From: Parcubacteria group bacterium
GTDB taxonomy: Bacteria > Patescibacteriota > Minisyncoccia > Phycocordibacterales > 21-14-all-47-15
DNA: 64,000 bases
Direction: 5' to 3'
Assembly (NCBI GenBank): GCA_016181845.1
Contig: JACOYO010000004.1
Location: forward strand, 15,827-79,826
The translations under genes were made by a program, and so were the position numbers. The notes under the pieces were generated by a model, which searched no databases, was not told the origin of the DNA, and saw only the letters and a list, made by a program, of their open reading frames with translations. Within the stretch, counting starts at the first letter, position 1, and every line of letters starts with the position of its first letter. Below are positions 16,809-26,246 of this stretch, piece by piece.

Positions 16809-19724
16809 ATGAAATTTAACGAACAAGTCACAGTAGAAAATTACATCATCAAGTTTATTAAAGATAAGCTTGGATTTGAGTACATAAAGCCAGAGGAATT
16901 TGCGAAATATCGCGAACTTGAGACGGAATACATTATAACTCCTCTTTTGGAGCGCGCTATTAGTACGCTGAATCCTACTGCGAACGAGAGTGAGATTAAA
17001 AATGTAATTCGCGAAGTGAGGAAGATTGATAATAACGAGGCATTTTTGAAAGCATTGCGAGATGGAATTAACCTCAAGAATTCCGTCACAGGCAAAAAGC
17101 ACGATTACAAACTGCTTGATTTTGATACTCCCGAGAATAATCAATTTGTTGTCACCAATCAATTCTATTTTGAGGGAGATACCGAAAATATCCGTCCCGA
17201 TATTTTGATTTTTGTGAACGGGCTTCCGCTTGTAGATATTGAGGCAAAAAGTCCAACGGCTTCGGAGGGAGTGAGTTTTGAAAATGGCATTGACCAGCTC
17301 AAACGATACGAGAAAGTAGCTCGAAAGTTGTTTATCCCGAACTGTTTCAATATTGCCAGTGATGGACTCAAAACTGTATATGGGGCAACGGGCGCGCCAA
17401 AGCAATATTTCCTACAGTGGCGAGATGACGATGTTGAGAAAGAGCTTGGTGGCGAGCTTGAGATGATGCTTTTCTCACTTCTCTCAAAGCAGAACTTTTT
17501 GGATATTGTTCAGAACTTTATTTTGTTTGAAAAAGAAAAGGAGAAATTGGTGAAGAAAATTGCTCGCTATCAGCAGATGCGAGCAACAAATAAAATTGTG
17601 GAGCGTGTAGTAAGCAAAGAGAAGCGACAAGGGCTTATCTGGCACACCCAAGGGTCCGGCAAGACACTCACAATGTATTTCACTGCGTGGAAACTACGCT
17701 TCAATAAACAGCTCGCTAATCCCAAGGTATTTATTTTGGTTGATCGGGTAGATTTGGACGACCAGATATTTGAGACATTTACCAATGCAGGTGGAAAAAA
17801 CATCGTTCGTGTCACTTCTCGAAAAGATTTGGAGGAAAAAATTCAATCACCGGAGAAAGGCATCTTCATCACGACCATTCAAAAGTTTTCTGAACTTGGC
17901 GACAAGGTAGAAAATCTTGATGAAAATGTGATTGTGCTTTCTGATGAGGCGCACCGAGGCGACGAAGGTGTATCGGGTATTAATATGCGAAATGCATTCA
18001 AAAAGGCATTCTTCTTTGGGTTCACCGGAACGCCAGTTGATAAAACACACACGAACACTTTCCGAAATTACGAAGGAGACGGAAAGCGATATCTAGACTA
18101 TTACTCTATCCAGCAAGCTATTGATGACGGAGCGACAATCCCAGTGACCTACGAGGCGCGACTTTCAAAGTTTTCTATTGATGAAGAAAAACTAGACCAG
18201 CAGTTTGAAGAAATTGCTGGCGATTTGCCTGATAAACAAAAGACCGAACTCGTTAAGAAATATGGCAAGAAAGCGGCGCTAGTAAAGCTTCCAAAGCGTA
18301 TGGAAGCCGTTGCCAGGGACATTGTGGAGCATTACAAGCTCTATGTGGAGCCGAACGGCTTTAAGGGGCAGGTCGTTCTGTATGACCGCGAAGCGGTAGC
18401 AACCTACAAAAAACTCCTTGATAAGCTCGTGCCTGCCGAGTGGTCGGCTGTGGTGTATTCACCCGGAGACCCAAATAGCGATGCGGATGATTTGAAAGTC
18501 TATAACACGAGCAAGCGTGAGCGTGAGCAAATCATTGAGAAATTCAAAGATCCAAAGTCATCACTCAAGTTTTTGCTCGTGTGCGACATGTTGCTCACTG
18601 GTTTTGACGCACCGATTGAGCAGGTGATGTATCTTGATAAGCCACTTCGCGACCATAACCTCTTGCAAGCTATCGCGCGTACGAATCGTGTCTATAAAAA
18701 TAAGGAAGCAGGAAAAATTATTGATTACTACGGAATCACACGCAACCTTTATGACGCACTTGATTTTGACGAAGATGTAGTTGATTCTGCGATGATTGAT
18801 ATTGATCGTGTGAAGGCACGATTTTCCGATGTCTTGAATGATGCAATAAAGATATTTACAGGAGTGAATATTGAAGACCCATCGATGAATAATCTTCGCC
18901 GATGTCTGAAGATTTTTATTGATAATCAAGATAAGCAAAAATACTTTATTGAGAAGTATATGAAGCTCAAGAGCTTGTTTGAGTTTCTTTCTCCTGACCC
19001 ATTTTTGAAGCAATATATTCGTCAGTTTGAATGGGTGACAAGTTTCTATTTGGCATTTTTGAAAGAATTCCGAAGTGAGGATGATAGATACTTACTTGAA
19101 GAATACGGTGAGAAAGTCCGTGAGCTAATACAAAAGAGCAATATCATTGACTACGAAGGAATCACAAAGAATTTCCGCGAGCTTCGTGTGAATGATTTGT
19201 ATACACTTGAGCGACTCAAAGGAATGGATGAGGAAGAAAAGGCACTCAATCTTGAGAAGATGCTCAAACAAGAGATATCAATCAATCTTGATGAAAATCC
19301 CACCTATCAAAAGTTTAGCGAACGACTAACCGCCATTCGCCGTGAGTTTGAACAAAATCAAATTGACCTTGCGGAACGAATTCGTCGATATGAGGAATTA
19401 ATGAAGGATATAAGGACGAAGGGAGACGAGGCAAAAGAGATGGGGCTCGATCTCAAAGAATACGCGCTCTATGTGATATCGCAAGAGTTTATTGAGGGCG
19501 GAAATATCGAGGACATCAAGGAGTTTGTAAAGGAGTTGCGAACCCGTATTGAGGATGAGCTGGACTCTGGTTGGCAAGAATCTTCAAAGCGAGATGTGTT
19601 TGTGAAAGATATTAAGCAAACATTGCAGGAGCTTATTTTACGCGATTACAAATGTCGATTTACTGTAAAAGACTTCCCGAAATTCTTGAATCGACTGGTG
19701 GACATAATCACTAAAAAATTCTAG
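16809..19724 (+). CDS. hsdR: Type I restriction enzyme R subunit (SF2 helicase-nuclease)
   Basis: 971 aa with helicase motifs I QGSGKTLT and II DEAHR, later SF2 motifs, and an N-terminal PD-(D/E)xK-type nuclease region (DILIFVNG...DIEAK). Confidence 0.9.
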   Translation: MKFNEQVTVENYIIKFIKDKLGFEYIKPEEFAKYRELETEYIITPLLERAISTLNPTANESEIKNVIREVRKIDNNEAFLKALRDGINLKNSVTGKKHDYKLLDFDTPENNQFVVTNQFYFEGDTENIRPDILIFVNGLPLVDIEAKSPTASEGVSFENGIDQLKRYEKVARKLFIPNCFNIASDGLKTVYGATGAPKQYFLQWRDDDVEKELGGELEMMLFSLLSKQNFLDIVQNFILFEKEKEKLVKKIARYQQMRATNKIVERVVSKEKRQGLIWHTQGSGKTLTMYFTAWKLRFNKQLANPKVFILVDRVDLDDQIFETFTNAGGKNIVRVTSRKDLEEKIQSPEKGIFITTIQKFSELGDKVENLDENVIVLSDEAHRGDEGVSGINMRNAFKKAFFFGFTGTPVDKTHTNTFRNYEGDGKRYLDYYSIQQAIDDGATIPVTYEARLSKFSIDEEKLDQQFEEIAGDLPDKQKTELVKKYGKKAALVKLPKRMEAVARDIVEHYKLYVEPNGFKGQVVLYDREAVATYKKLLDKLVPAEWSAVVYSPGDPNSDADDLKVYNTSKREREQIIEKFKDPKSSLKFLLVCDMLLTGFDAPIEQVMYLDKPLRDHNLLQAIARTNRVYKNKEAGKIIDYYGITRNLYDALDFDEDVVDSAMIDIDRVKARFSDVLNDAIKIFTGVNIEDPSMNNLRRCLKIFIDNQDKQKYFIEKYMKLKSLFEFLSPDPFLKQYIRQFEWVTSFYLAFLKEFRSEDDRYLLEEYGEKVRELIQKSNIIDYEGITKNFRELRVNDLYTLERLKGMDEEEKALNLEKMLKQEISINLDENPTYQKFSERLTAIRREFEQNQIDLAERIRRYEELMKDIRTKGDEAKEMGLDLKEYALYVISQEFIEGGNIEDIKEFVKELRTRIEDELDSGWQESSKRDVFVKDIKQTLQELILRDYKCRFTVKDFPKFLNRLVDIITKKF

Positions 19725-19729
19725 AAAGT

Positions 19730-20278
19730 ATGGAAAAGAAAATCTCATACAAACTCAAAAGAAGTAAAAGAGCAAAAAGGATGCGACTTGCCGTGTATTG
19801 TGATGGCAGTGTCGTTATCACAAGTCCTTTTGGGGCAGAGCAGTCGTTGATTGAAAAATTTCTCACTGATAAGAAGCAGTGGGTATGGGATAAAATTCAA
19901 TTTTTCAAAAGCGTTGATAGTAAAGCAATCCGCACATTCTCACACAAGGACTATTTAGAAAATAAAGATAAGGCGCTTGCTCTCGTGCATGAACGGGTGA
20001 GATTTTATAATAAAATTTACGGATTTTCTTTCAATAAAATCTTTATTAAAAATCAAAAGACCCGTTGGGGTAGCTGTTCGTGCAAGCAAAATCTAAATTT
20101 GAATTACAAAATAGTGTTTTTGCCAGAGAAACATCAGGATTATATTATCGTGCACGAAATGTGTCATTTGAAGGAGTTTAATCATTCAAGAAAATTCTGG
20201 GCGCTTGTGGAGAAGGTTCTTCCTAATTATTTAGATATTAAGAAAGAGCTTCGCAATCATGAGTTGTTTTATAAATAA
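19730..20278 (+). CDS. YgjP/DUF45-type zinc metallopeptidase (WLM/SprT-like), commonly linked to Type I RM loci
   Basis: HEMCHLKEFNHSRKFW (an HExxH...H zincin-like motif); starts 5 nt after hsdR. Confidence 0.7.
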   Translation: MEKKISYKLKRSKRAKRMRLAVYCDGSVVITSPFGAEQSLIEKFLTDKKQWVWDKIQFFKSVDSKAIRTFSHKDYLENKDKALALVHERVRFYNKIYGFSFNKIFIKNQKTRWGSCSCKQNLNLNYKIVFLPEKHQDYIIVHEMCHLKEFNHSRKFWALVEKVLPNYLDIKKELRNHELFYK

Positions 20279-20290
20279 AATATTAAATCT

Positions 20291-20782
20291 ATGCGTATAA
20301 ATAATTTTTTCAAACTCATCATCGCGATCGTAGTTTCTGAGCTTGCCGGCATCATCGGCTCGGTGTTTACCACTCCGTCCATTGGCGGATGGTATGCAGG
20401 GATCGTCAAACCGGCTCTTAATCCTCCGGCGTGGGTATTCGGACCGGTCTGGACGACACTTTTTGCGCTTATGGGCATCGCGGCTTTTCTTGTTTGGTCC
20501 TCCTACGCTGAAGCTTCGGCGGATAAAAAGAAAAGGATTAAGTTGGCGTTGATATTGTTTGGTATTCAACTGATCTTGAACATGCTCTGGTCAATTATCT
20601 TTTTCGGTCTGCATAGCCCTGGCGGCGCGCTTATTGATATCGTATTTCTCTGGCTCGCCATCCTCGCCACGATCATCGCTTTTGCAAAAATCTCTAAACC
20701 AGCCGCTTGGCTCTTGGTGCCGTATATCCTCTGGGTCAGTTTTGCTTCATATCTAAACTTTGCTATCTGGTCGCTGAATTAA
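20291..20782 (+). CDS. tspO: TspO/MBR tryptophan-rich sensory protein
   Basis: Five TM helices and the conserved Trp/Pro-rich motifs (GWYAGIVKPALNPPAWVFGPVWTTLF). Confidence 0.85.
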   Translation: MRINNFFKLIIAIVVSELAGIIGSVFTTPSIGGWYAGIVKPALNPPAWVFGPVWTTLFALMGIAAFLVWSSYAEASADKKKRIKLALILFGIQLILNMLWSIIFFGLHSPGGALIDIVFLWLAILATIIAFAKISKPAAWLLVPYILWVSFASYLNFAIWSLN

Positions 20783-20892
20783 ATCCAAGTCAAGCAAATC
20801 GTCCCACGCTCTAAAATTTGGTTTCACTGCTCGTTAGAATTATTTGGAGCGAATGGTATAATTATTGTCTGTTAAGAGAAGCAGACATCTAT

Positions 20893-21498
20893 ATGACAAC
20901 TGAAAACAAAAATTATTTTGCGGTGATATCGGCGGGGATTTTTGTCGGCGCGGCGCTTTTTGATGCCTTGCCGGAGACGGCAAAAACACTCGGGTTTTGG
21001 TATGCGATTCTTGGTTTGGCAGTGGGAATGTTTTTGTGGTGGCTTCAAAAAAATATCTTGCATCAGTTGGAGAAGCCGGAGATGCCGATACTGGTAACGA
21101 CGGCGCTCTGGCTTCATTCTATTTTGGAAGGGGTGGTTACAGGCTTGGCATTTGGAGTGTCAAATTTTGTCGGCTCTATCGTGCTTATTGCCATGATTTT
21201 GCATCTCTTGCCGGAATTTTTTGCCGCCGTTTCGCTGATGAAAGGCGGCGGCGCGAGCAATCGGGCGGCTCTTTTTACCACGGTTGCTGGATACGCTATT
21301 CTTTTTTCAAGTTTTTTCATAACGCGCGCGTATCTGCCGAGCATGGAGGGGATTCTTCCCGTGATGATTGCTTTATCGGGAGGAGCTTTTCTCTACATCG
21401 GCACAAAAGTGTATCTTCGCAATCGCTCTTTTCAATCAACACTCATTTTTCTTGTCGGCGTGCTCATCCCGCTCATTCAGAAAATCATATCTGGATAG
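20893..21498 (+). CDS. ZIP-family metal cation transporter (ZupT-like)
   Basis: Multi-TM protein with the ZIP signature HSILEGVVTGLAFG. The start is set at the internal Met MTTENKNY rather than the ORF-track start 20818. Confidence 0.65.
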   Translation: MTTENKNYFAVISAGIFVGAALFDALPETAKTLGFWYAILGLAVGMFLWWLQKNILHQLEKPEMPILVTTALWLHSILEGVVTGLAFGVSNFVGSIVLIAMILHLLPEFFAAVSLMKGGGASNRAALFTTVAGYAILFSSFFITRAYLPSMEGILPVMIALSGGAFLYIGTKVYLRNRSFQSTLIFLVGVLIPLIQKIISG

Positions 21499-21543
21499 CG
21501 CGAGCAATTTTGGTTATTCGCCCATGTTCGTTATAATGAACAC

Positions 21544-22578
21544 ATGACCCACAAAATTATCACGTTTGTCATTTCCGAAGCCACGAGCGCCAAGCGCGGC
21601 AAAGAATCTCCCATGCCGCAGCTCAAAAGCGCGCCGCACTATCTGGAGCAGACGGTCCCGAGCCAATATATTTTAAAATCGCAAGAGGTCGCAATCGGAG
21701 ACAGACAGGCAAAGGTAAATGTCAAAACGTATCATCCCGATGCGATTCTTGTAGAGGGGATTTTAGAAGTGCCCGATATTTTTAATGACGATACGCTGGA
21801 ATTGAAAAAAGCATTGCTTGCCGTTTGCTACAATGTCGCCAAAAAATACGGAGTCAAGGCGCAACCCGCGGAAGAATACACCATTTATCAGATATCGGGA
21901 TATGATGCGGACCCGGATGTGTTTATGGAAGATAGGGGCGCGCGGATTGCAGGCCTGCTGAAATCAGAAAAGATACCGCTTGATGATAAAGAGGTTGAGT
22001 ACACGCTATCATCGCAGTTAAAATACAGCAAAAACGACCTCATAATTATTGACTGGGATGGCGCGTTTGTGTTTGACCCCGACGGGAACATTGATGAGGC
22101 GCTGGAGATATTTGAAATCGCCAATTACCAGCTTTTGCGCTATCGCGTATTTGACCGCGACCTTGATGTCCGTCTTGAAAAAATAGTGAAATTGTCGCAG
22201 TCGGAAAAAAAGCCGCAAAAATTATTTTCATTCAGCAACACCAAAGAGGTGGAAAAAGAATTTCGGGGGCTTATCAATTTGCGTTCTGAATCAATCAGTC
22301 ACTTTGAGGCGATGGAGCGCGACATCAAGCTCATTGGCGAATGGTATTCGGCGCGGCTCTACGAACTCACCTCCAAAAAATTCCGTCTTGAAGAATGGCG
22401 GAGAACCATCAAAGACAAGCTTGATTCCATAGAAGATGCGTACTCAATCACTTCAGAAAATCTGGGCTTTTCGCGTATCCAACGGCTGGAGCTTGTGCAA
22501 ATCTGGCTTTTTTTCCTCCTCCAAATCGGCTGGTTTATTTTGATTATTCTTGAGTTATTGCAAATGGTTGAGAAATAA
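21544..22578 (+). CDS. Hypothetical protein with a C-terminal TM anchor
   Basis: 344 aa; the only hydrophobic segment is at the C-terminus (IWLFFLLQIGWFILIILELL). No recognisable motif. Confidence 0.5.
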   Translation: MTHKIITFVISEATSAKRGKESPMPQLKSAPHYLEQTVPSQYILKSQEVAIGDRQAKVNVKTYHPDAILVEGILEVPDIFNDDTLELKKALLAVCYNVAKKYGVKAQPAEEYTIYQISGYDADPDVFMEDRGARIAGLLKSEKIPLDDKEVEYTLSSQLKYSKNDLIIIDWDGAFVFDPDGNIDEALEIFEIANYQLLRYRVFDRDLDVRLEKIVKLSQSEKKPQKLFSFSNTKEVEKEFRGLINLRSESISHFEAMERDIKLIGEWYSARLYELTSKKFRLEEWRRTIKDKLDSIEDAYSITSENLGFSRIQRLELVQIWLFFLLQIGWFILIILELLQMVEK

Positions 22579-22649
22579 TGTTACCGTTTCCAATAGGTAT
22601 GAACCCGATACGGGGCAATTGCACTTTTCAAATTATATGAGGAAATATC

Positions 22650-23312
22650 ATGGAATACAGAGCTGTTGGAAACCGCTGTGCGGTGAATATGGACTCTCTT
22701 AATGTGCCGCTTTCCCGCAAAGATATTTTGACGATATTGATACATGAAGGTTTTATCATGACACCGATTGATATTATGGCGCTTGCAAGAGGTTGTGTCG
22801 GTGCCTCGCAATATCGCCGCGGGGCGAGACCATCTGAAGCTCCGAGTGTCGTTGATTGCTCCAGTTTTATCAAGTGGCTTTTTGGAATGCGCGGCATTTG
22901 GTTGCCACGTAGAACTATTCAGCAATGCAAACTCGGCGAGGTGGTTTCTTTTTATAATATTGTTGACGGAGACGTCGTGTTTGTTTCAGGGCGTATCAAT
23001 TATTACGAGCATAACTCTGACGGAGGTGTCGGTCATGTGGGGATTGCCGCTGAAGGCGGAAAGACAATAATTCACGCCTCTGCAAAAGACGCAGTGGTTG
23101 CGGAAGTTCCCTTTAGCGAGTTTGTTGATAAAAATACATTTCGCGGCGCGCGGCGCTACATCTCAAAAAATCCAAACAATACCTCAATCATGACGTTTGA
23201 AACTCCGGTCAGTAGGGAAGTGGAGACGTCTGATGATATACGGTGGATTGTTTTGGAATCGGAATTATTCTGTAAATTTGAAAAATTTAAAAACAAAAAA
23301 ATGAAGAAGTAA
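22650..23312 (+). CDS. NlpC/P60 (C40) family cell-wall peptidase
   Basis: Catalytic Cys in DCSSFIKW and downstream His in GHVGIAAEGGKTIIHAS, the typical C40 arrangement. Confidence 0.75.
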   Translation: MEYRAVGNRCAVNMDSLNVPLSRKDILTILIHEGFIMTPIDIMALARGCVGASQYRRGARPSEAPSVVDCSSFIKWLFGMRGIWLPRRTIQQCKLGEVVSFYNIVDGDVVFVSGRINYYEHNSDGGVGHVGIAAEGGKTIIHASAKDAVVAEVPFSEFVDKNTFRGARRYISKNPNNTSIMTFETPVSREVETSDDIRWIVLESELFCKFEKFKNKKMKK

Positions 23313-23324
23313 CCCAAACACAAA

Positions 23325-23365
23325 AACCATCGCGCGACGGCGGTGGTTTTTTCTTTTTTATCAGG
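23325..23365 (+). terminator. Rho-independent terminator after the NlpC/P60 gene
   Basis: aaccatcgcgcgacggcggtggtt stem followed by a T-run. Confidence 0.5.
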
Positions 23366-23384
23366 CATGATATAATACAAAAAT

Positions 23385-23624
23385 ATGCTGAAAGAATTTT
23401 TGATGAAACAAATGCTCAAGTCACAGTTGAAAGACGTGCCAGCCGATGAGCAGGAAAAAATAATCAAATTGGTAAGCGAGAATCCTCTGCTTTTCCAAAA
23501 AATCGCGCTTGAAATTCAGGCGAAAATGAAAGAGGGGAAAGACCAAATGTCAGCATTGCTTGAAGTCATGCAAAATTACAAAGACGAATTGCAAAAACTT
23601 ACAACAAAGACGATTTCCCAATAA
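23385..23624 (+). CDS. Small hypothetical helical protein
   Basis: 79 aa, Met/Gln/Lys-rich. Confidence 0.4.
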   Translation: MLKEFLMKQMLKSQLKDVPADEQEKIIKLVSENPLLFQKIALEIQAKMKEGKDQMSALLEVMQNYKDELQKLTTKTISQ

Positions 23625-23652
23625 GCTAATTTCTAAAAGCTAGCAAGCTAAA

Positions 23653-24147
23653 ATGGACTGGCATACTTTTTTAATCATTACGCATATTATCGGCACGGTG
23701 CTTGGCGTCGGCGGGGCGACCTTTGCCGAGGTTTTTTATTTGAAAGCGATTAAAGACGGCGCAATAGACCCAACTGAAAGCAGTTTTCTCAAAACAACAT
23801 ATTTTATTTTACGTCTCGGCATTATCATTTTAGTGCTTTCCGGTTTTGGTCTTCTCTTATTAAATCGTCTTGAGGGCGCAACGCAATATCTCTACGATCC
23901 GCGTCTTTGGGCAAAACTGACACTGACGCTGGTCATCGTGGTAAATGCGATACTGCTTCAGATTCGTTTGATTCCGTCGTGGCTCGGATTTTCACTCTCA
24001 TTTACATCATGGTATGCCGCGCTGGTGTTGGGGCTTTGGCGCGGGGCGAGCGCCGCGGGATATGTGACCATTATGCTCTGGTATGTTGTCGCCGTGTTTG
24101 TTGTCGCATTTATTTTAGACCGCATTAAAAAATGGTATAGTAAATAA
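23653..24147 (+). CDS. Hypothetical membrane protein (4 TM)
   Basis: Hydrophobicity pattern only. Confidence 0.45.
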   Translation: MDWHTFLIITHIIGTVLGVGGATFAEVFYLKAIKDGAIDPTESSFLKTTYFILRLGIIILVLSGFGLLLLNRLEGATQYLYDPRLWAKLTLTLVIVVNAILLQIRLIPSWLGFSLSFTSWYAALVLGLWRGASAAGYVTIMLWYVVAVFVVAFILDRIKKWYSK

Positions 24148-24148
24148 C

Positions 24149-24604
24149 ATGATTGCTTTTCTTTCACAATTATTGATTGCGCATGTCATCATCGGGCTTA
24201 TCGGTGTGATAGCATCGTACGCACTGCTCATGGGGCTTTTGAAGCGCAAGGTATCAATTCCTTTTTTGAAAGGTGCCGCGCTTATCGCGGCGGTTTCATA
24301 TATTATTACCTGGTTTACCGGCGGATATTATTATGTGGTTTTTTACGGCAAAGCGATAAAGCCGGTTATTAAAGCGGGCGCGTATCCGTGGGCGCATACT
24401 TTTTTTATGGAAACAAAAGAGCATCTTTTTCTTTTCTTGCCGATTTTGGCGATCATTTTGCTTGTATTAATAACCCGATGCAGTGTGGCGTTTGATACTC
24501 ATCCTGTTTTGAAAAAATACACCGCGCTTGTCGCGGCGCTTACGGTGACCATAGGCATTTTTATAGCGCTTGCCGGAGTCGTGATTTCGGGCGCGGTGCG
24601 TTAA
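24149..24604 (+). CDS. Hypothetical membrane protein (4 TM)
   Basis: Tightly spaced after the previous gene; hydrophobic helices. Confidence 0.45.
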   Translation: MIAFLSQLLIAHVIIGLIGVIASYALLMGLLKRKVSIPFLKGAALIAAVSYIITWFTGGYYYVVFYGKAIKPVIKAGAYPWAHTFFMETKEHLFLFLPILAIILLVLITRCSVAFDTHPVLKKYTALVAALTVTIGIFIALAGVVISGAVR

Positions 24605-24613
24605 AATATTTTT

Positions 24614-24940
24614 ATGCAACTACTTGTACAGAAAAAAATAGATAAAACGGCAAATATTCTTATCGGGGCGAGTGTCGCGGTAGTTTTTATCGCTGTCGTC
24701 ACCATTGGCGGAGAATTGTATACACCTATTAAAGATTGGCTTGCCGGCGTCTTTTCTCATCATTGGATTGGAAAAGGAATTTTAACGATGCTCGTTTTTG
24801 TTATCGCAAGCATATTGCCATACACACGAGAGGCGACCGTGGCCAGCCTCGCGCGGCTCACCGCAGTACTTTTCTTTATATCACTGTGCTCGGCGCTTGC
24901 GATAGCGGGATTTTTCGGATACGAAATATTTATCAAATAA
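24614..24940 (+). CDS. Hypothetical membrane protein (3 TM)
   Basis: Hydrophobicity pattern only. Confidence 0.45.
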   Translation: MQLLVQKKIDKTANILIGASVAVVFIAVVTIGGELYTPIKDWLAGVFSHHWIGKGILTMLVFVIASILPYTREATVASLARLTAVLFFISLCSALAIAGFFGYEIFIK

Positions 24941-24957
24941 TTTTATATCAAACAAAT

Positions 24958-25533
24958 ATGCGCAAAGACACAAAAAAAGTGTTAATTATGTTAGGTCATC
25001 CCGACACCGAATCCCTCGCTGGTTTTTTAGCAGACAGGTATGAAGCTGGCGCAAAAGCGGGCGGCTATGAAGTGAAGCGCGTGAATGTTGGCGATTTGAA
25101 ATTTGACCCCATCTTGCACAAAGGGTATCGGGAAATCCAAGCGCTTGAGCCGGATTTGGTCTCGGCGCAAGAAATGATTACATGGGCAGACCATATCGTG
25201 CTCGTGTATCCAAACTGGTGGGGGTCCATGCCGGCGATTTTGAAGGGATTTTTTGACCGCGCGCTTTTGCCCGGCTTCGGGTTTAATTTTCGTGATGGAA
25301 AAATTATCAAACGACTTGCTGGTAAAAGCGCGCGAGTGATTATCACCATGGACATTGTGCCGACGTTCTTTTTTCACACTCGAGCGGCGCTCACTATGAA
25401 AAACAGCATCCTTCGTTTTTGCGGCATTGAGCCGGTGCGCGTTACCGAAATCGGGCCGGTGAAAGAGGTGGTGGACAATAAAAAAGATGAGTGGGGCCTA
25501 CGCGTGTTCAAATATGGTGAAGCTGGGATTTAG
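24958..25533 (+). CDS. Flavodoxin-fold NAD(P)H dehydrogenase (quinone) family protein (KefF/MdaB-like)
   Basis: VLIMLGHPDTESL... and YPNWWGSMPAILKGFFDR are typical of the Flavodoxin_2 family. The start is at the internal Met 24958, not the overlapping ORF-track start. Confidence 0.7.
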   Translation: MRKDTKKVLIMLGHPDTESLAGFLADRYEAGAKAGGYEVKRVNVGDLKFDPILHKGYREIQALEPDLVSAQEMITWADHIVLVYPNWWGSMPAILKGFFDRALLPGFGFNFRDGKIIKRLAGKSARVIITMDIVPTFFFHTRAALTMKNSILRFCGIEPVRVTEIGPVKEVVDNKKDEWGLRVFKYGEAGI

Positions 25534-25684
25534 TCAGCTTGTTAGAAAATTAGCTTATTAGGATTTTAGGTGCGTGCCGCAATGGTCAAGTTTTTTGTTG
25601 TTTACTTGCGGTTTTCTGAGTTTGTGATATAGTATTTTTCAACAAGCAATAAGAACGTTGTTCTTTGAAGGGAGGTGAAATGAA

Positions 25685-25978
25685 TTGTTAGAACCAGACG
25701 AGATTATTGCCGTCATTACGAAAGCCATTTCTAGTGGAGGCAAAGATTTTTATGTTACTGACCCAAAAAGTGGCGAAGATAAAAAATTTGCCAATGGGTC
25801 AATAACATTCGCCGCCGCTTACTGGAATGGCGGGTTAAAAAAACCTCGTCCTGGCGATGAGGTCGTCTTGGGGATTCTCCGCAGGACGCCGAAGGGGTTA
25901 AGGTCTGAAAGCGCAAGGCCAAGTACAGTGGCTGACTTGCGCATAAAACAGCAACAGCAAATCGGAGGCGTACGATAA
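25685..25978 (+). CDS. Hypothetical small protein (TTG start after a GGGAGGTG RBS)
   Basis: The ORF is preceded by a strong Shine-Dalgarno and an extended -10 promoter (tgatatagt). Confidence 0.35.
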   Translation: MLEPDEIIAVITKAISSGGKDFYVTDPKSGEDKKFANGSITFAAAYWNGGLKKPRPGDEVVLGILRRTPKGLRSESARPSTVADLRIKQQQQIGGVR

Positions 25979-26184
25979 TGTCACAAGAATACCATAACCC
26001 GCAGTGCGGAAACTTTGCAGAAAAGATGCGTGAGTGCCGTGAGTGTTACTGTGCTCACAAAGAACCGCCTCGCATCAAGGTTCATTTACCGTTGTCTGAC
26101 GGGTGTATAACATCCGCGGATATCAAGGTTGCACGAGGAAAGGTTGAAAAGACGCCGTACTGCTATGTGTCGACACGGTGCTAA
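25978..26184 (+). CDS. Hypothetical small Cys-rich protein (overlapping TAATG coupling)
   Basis: 68 aa with CxxxxxxxxxCxxCxC spacing and another Cys pair. A terminator follows at 26191-26235. Confidence 0.35.
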   Translation: MSQEYHNPQCGNFAEKMRECRECYCAHKEPPRIKVHLPLSDGCITSADIKVARGKVEKTPYCYVSTRC

Positions 26185-26246
26185 CTGTTTATTTTGGGGC
26201 GTCTGCCATTTGGTAGGCGCCCTTTTTTTCTGTATACTCTTTTAAT

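Noticed and set aside
24736-25533. 265-aa version of the oxidoreductase ORF starting at 24736
   Set aside because: The extension overlaps the preceding membrane-protein gene in another frame. The conserved flavodoxin-fold N-terminus begins at the Met at 24958.
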